A DNA stretch of 63,860 bases, counting the filler, from Lenisia limosa (taxonomy: Eukaryota > Protista > Breviatea): assembly GCA_001655205.1 (NCBI GenBank). It is 16 parts of 16 records of this genome, joined end to end, with 100 filler letters (N's around TTAATTAATTAA, not from the genome) between each part and the next. Parts side by side here need not be neighbours in the genome. Positions count along the whole stretch, not along the records: positions 60,501 to 62,198 come from LPNZ01002203.1; positions 62,299 to 63,860 come from LPNZ01001433.1; 14 more parts are not named here. One strand, 5' to 3'. Below are positions 60,605-63,860 of the stretch, piece after piece (position 1 is the stretch's first letter; every line of letters begins with the position of its first letter). Made by a program: the position numbers and the translations under genes. The notes under the pieces were generated by a model. That model was given only the letters and a program-made list of their open reading frames with translations. It was not told where the DNA came from and did not search any database.

Positions 60605-61129
60605 CGTTTTGTTTCTCAAGTTTCCAAATCAAAAACATTACTCCCCCCCTCCAGCTTGCAACATCAGCAGAGTTCCGGAGGCCTAGCCTCAAACGAAGTC
60701 ACGTGCCGGGCTACCCAAGCCCTCTTCAACGCCGCCGTGACCATTGTGGATTGGAATGTTCCGCTCTCCTCTTCCGACCCCCCTCCGAGCCATCCCGAAG
60801 GCTTCACCCCGGGGTCCCCGGAACACGACGACGATTTCTCTTCTTGCGCCGGGCCTGTGGTAACCTTTGACGAGGTTGCACGCACGCCTCGCGCTAGGTT
60901 GCAATGTGGCGCAACGTATCGCGTGGCTCAGTCTGAAGTCGAACAAGATGGCTCAAAGTCGGAGTATTTATCAGCCCTGAAGGCAGCATCGCACCCGGCC
61001 TGGAAGGAAGTTGTTGGCGCCGACTTTGGAACTTTGTCGGAACCTGGAGTGCCTTCCGATACCTCGCTTCCGATAGGCTTCCGCGTTCACGTGTGTCAGT
61101 TCCCTCAGGTCTGTAACTGGGTTAACTAG
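60605..61129 (+). CDS. Terminal exon of a hypothetical protein
   Basis: GC-rich 174-codon open frame after a family I acceptor (ttctcag), ending in TAG. A further intron near its end is possible. Confidence 0.55.
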   Translation, partial: RFVSQVSKSKTLLPPSSLQHQQSSGGLASNEVTCRATQALFNAAVTIVDWNVPLSSSDPPPSHPEGFTPGSPEHDDDFSSCAGPVVTFDEVARTPRARLQCGATYRVAQSEVEQDGSKSEYLSALKAASHPAWKEVVGADFGTLSEPGVPSDTSLPIGFRVHVCQFPQVCNWVN

Positions 61130-61963
61130 CTTTATTTGACCAAATTTGTCTTCATTCTAAAAGATTACAGTTGTAGTATCAGGATCTTTAACTCATGGTT
61201 TTTTCAATTAATTTTCTTGCATATCTATGCTCTTTTGTGATTTTTTATACACTTGATGGAGTGCATAGCTTTGACCTGTTTCACCGAGCTTTATAAATGA
61301 GTTTGTGTAGTAAGATTCTTCCTGATAGTTTAATTGCTCATTTCACACAGTATTGGAGCATATTAAACTCAGCATCGCCCATGCATCGCCGCTCTTATTA
61401 ATTGACTTTTTCAGCATATAACACTCTGGGTTGCGATTGCGGCCTCGGGTTACGTTGTTTTCACGGCCTTCCTTTGGCTCTTTTAGTTCTATCCCTGTTT
61501 CTTTTTGGTAGTTGTTTCGGGTTGGTTGTTGTTTGTTCTGATGGAAGTTTCTTTCGTCTTCAAGTGTGTCTTTTGGAAATTTTGGAATTTTGAGTAAGAG
61601 TAACACCCTCCTCGAGTAACACAGTAACTCTGGATTAACTTGGTGGGATTCCCCACATTACTCTATTACTTATACATGCAAATCTCATAAATCTATATAA
61701 TTATAAAATTATATATTACAAATCTAAAGAAATTAATGGGATTTGCATGGCATTTCATCAATACAAGGCATCAATACAACATGGAAGCATGGATCCCTTA
61801 GTCGAATGCGGTTATTGTACAACAACTCTGCCTAACACAAGTACTTTTCTTCTTATTTTAAACGAGAGTCTGTAATTTGTCCATTTTGCGCGAAATTTTT
61901 GCGCGCGCGCGAAAAAACTAGTATCGGAAATGATTCCTCTTCAACCCTTTTGTAAATCCGACT

Positions 61964-62036
61964 GCCCGGTTAGCTCAGTTGGTAGAGCGTAGGACTCTTA
62001 ATCCTACGGTCGTGGGTTCGAGCCCCACATCGGGCG
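61964..62036 (+). tRNA. tRNA-Lys (anticodon CTT)
   Basis: GCCCGGT acceptor stem pairs with ATCGGGC; D arm AGCTCAGTTGGTAGAGC; anticodon arm TAGGA-CTCTTAA-TCCTA; T loop GGTTCGAGCC; 73 nt; T-run downstream. Confidence 0.97.
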
Positions 62037-62329
62037 GATTTTTTTATTGTAATAATGTTTTTCTTGATTTGAAAATAAGCTGTGGGTCTCGGTCGCCACT
62101 TTCGCTGGGCTAATTTTTAACTTTGTCCTTTTTAACTTAATTCACCAAATCCCCAGGAAGGAGCAAAAATACTCATCATCCACTGAGTGAGTACTCAANN
62201 NNNNNNNNNNNNNNNNNNNNNNNNNNNNNNNNNNNNNNNNNNTTAATTAATTAANNNNNNNNNNNNNNNNNNNNNNNNNNNNNNNNNNNNNNNNNNNNCC
62301 CCCCCCCCCCCTACAGGAGGAGTCGTAAT

Positions 62330-63795
62330 TGATATGACAGCCAAGCCCGTCCTTGCTCCCGAAGGCCTCCTCGGAGACCTTTGCCACCCCGAAAAGTTCG
62401 ACACCGCTTTCAAGATGCTCATGAAGCGCCTGTCAAAAAGCAGTAAACAAAGCAGGTCCGTCATGAACTTTGCCAACTCGTCAGCCGAGACTCTAGAGCT
62501 CTGGACTCAACGCATCGGACAGCGCACGCTCAACGCCATTTCAAAGAACCAGGTTTGGGCATGTTAGCCAAAGAAGGTCTCAGTATCTAAAATAACTATC
62601 AACATTTTGGATATTATTGAAGCCCAACACATTATTTTTATTCTTGGGAATTGTGATGGCTTTCAACAAAAAATTCAATGTAAATTGTTTATTTTCTATT
62701 TATTCCCTAGGAGCGATGGACTGAAGTGATTTCGCGCAGTAGCCAAGTTGAAGCCCTGAGCGAAGCAGCCACAAATGAAATCATCGCAGTGGCGGCGGAG
62801 GCAAACGGGGTGGCCGAGGAAGAGGTTGCTGAGGTCCTTGCGCAATCCACAGATGCAGCTCAGGCCCTGTCCAAGGAGGAAGTCGCCCACTCTATGGAGG
62901 CCGAGAAAGACTCTTGTGTGCAGTTTGCGTGTCGCTACTGTCAGAACTACCGACGAGACCAGTGGGAGCTTTGTTTGCGGATGTTGAAGTCCACGCTCGC
63001 TGTACTCAAGAAAGTCCAAGCATACTTCAAGGCTCAGCCCGAACACGAGAAGCGAATCGAATGGTTCCTCAAAAAGAGCTCTGACCGCACCGACCCTCTT
63101 GGTGGGTAGAAGTGGTTAACATTTCTGGTTTGGGTGATATGCGCTGATGAGTGCCTATTGCACTTATTTTCTTTTTTCTTCCATTTTATTACCCAAATCC
63201 CTCTCTTTATTGCTTTCTACTCACTACTTTAGGAGTGTATGCCAAAGAAGTGCAAACAATGATCACAGAGGCGCAAGGCCACCTTGCTCGTTTCAACTCC
63301 CATCTCTGCGAAAACGGGAAGGCTCTCAGCTCAATCTTCCACCTTATCACCCCCATCTCGTCACTGATATGTGGCCTTATCCCCCTGCACGTCATTGACG
63401 ATTCCGGCCTTCTCATCGAAATGCTCCAGCTCATCAACTACGATGGCGTTGCTGCTGACCAGGTGGGGTGACACTGGGCGAGGGGGGAATTTTTAACTGG
63501 GAGGACCAAACATAAATAAACCCCCTTGCCTTCGCGACATGTGTGAGTGTTTTTCTGTGTAGTCAACCGTCGGATCCTAGCTTCAATAGAGATTTTTCTG
63601 CAAAACAAAAAGATACTACATTGGAGTGCGGGTGGAGGGTGATAGTCTCTTACCTTCACTTTTTTTGCTGCTGCAAAGTCGCTACTTGTTCCTGCTAACA
63701 CCTTAGCTGGACCTTTTGTCGTACCAGAGAGACGTGATGGCGGCTGCCGACCTCAAACCGTGGCATCGACACATCTGCCTTCTCAATATCCAGGT
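62330..63795 (+). CDS. Multi-exon hypothetical protein (weak resemblance to a RhoGEF DH domain)
   Basis: Four GT-AG exons with open frames (62330-62552, 62711-63102, 63233-63463, 63709-63795). RYCQNY and HLITPI echo DH motifs only loosely. Confidence 0.55.
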
Positions 63796-63860
63796 TTGCC
63801 TCCCTTTTGGGTCAAAGCTGAATATTTGGTACTTGGTCTTATGCTTGATCATCGTAGATT

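Overview
AT-rich eukaryotic draft sequence. It is not one locus: 15 artificial N44-TTAATTAATTAA-N44 linkers join 16 short scaffolds, so adjacency across a linker means nothing. Genes are intron-dense and mostly invisible to the ORF track. Manual splicing recovers FARSA (17 introns, 23-51 nt), RPL41 (22-nt intron), NCBP1/CBP80, Tim8, WDR35/IFT121, a DYNC2H1 fragment, tRNA-Lys(CTT), a signal peptide + Sushi + RCC1 protein and several hypothetical genes. These point to a flagellated protist with a mitochondrion-derived organelle; I cannot name the species. Mobile DNA is abundant: a 4.1-kb TIR-bounded pogo-like element with an intron-containing DDE_1 transposase inside a host intron, a second intron-containing DDE_1 transposase, at least three MITE families, a DIRS RNase H relic and a collapsed Ski2-like helicase. 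The most interesting signal is intron architecture. A conserved repeat is locked to 3' splice sites of unrelated genes (and inverted at one 5' site), many introns are bracketed by G-tracts and C-tracts, and several 3' splice sites are tandemly duplicated. Together these suggest an introner-like intron-generating or splicing-linked system; this is inference and needs genome-wide testing.
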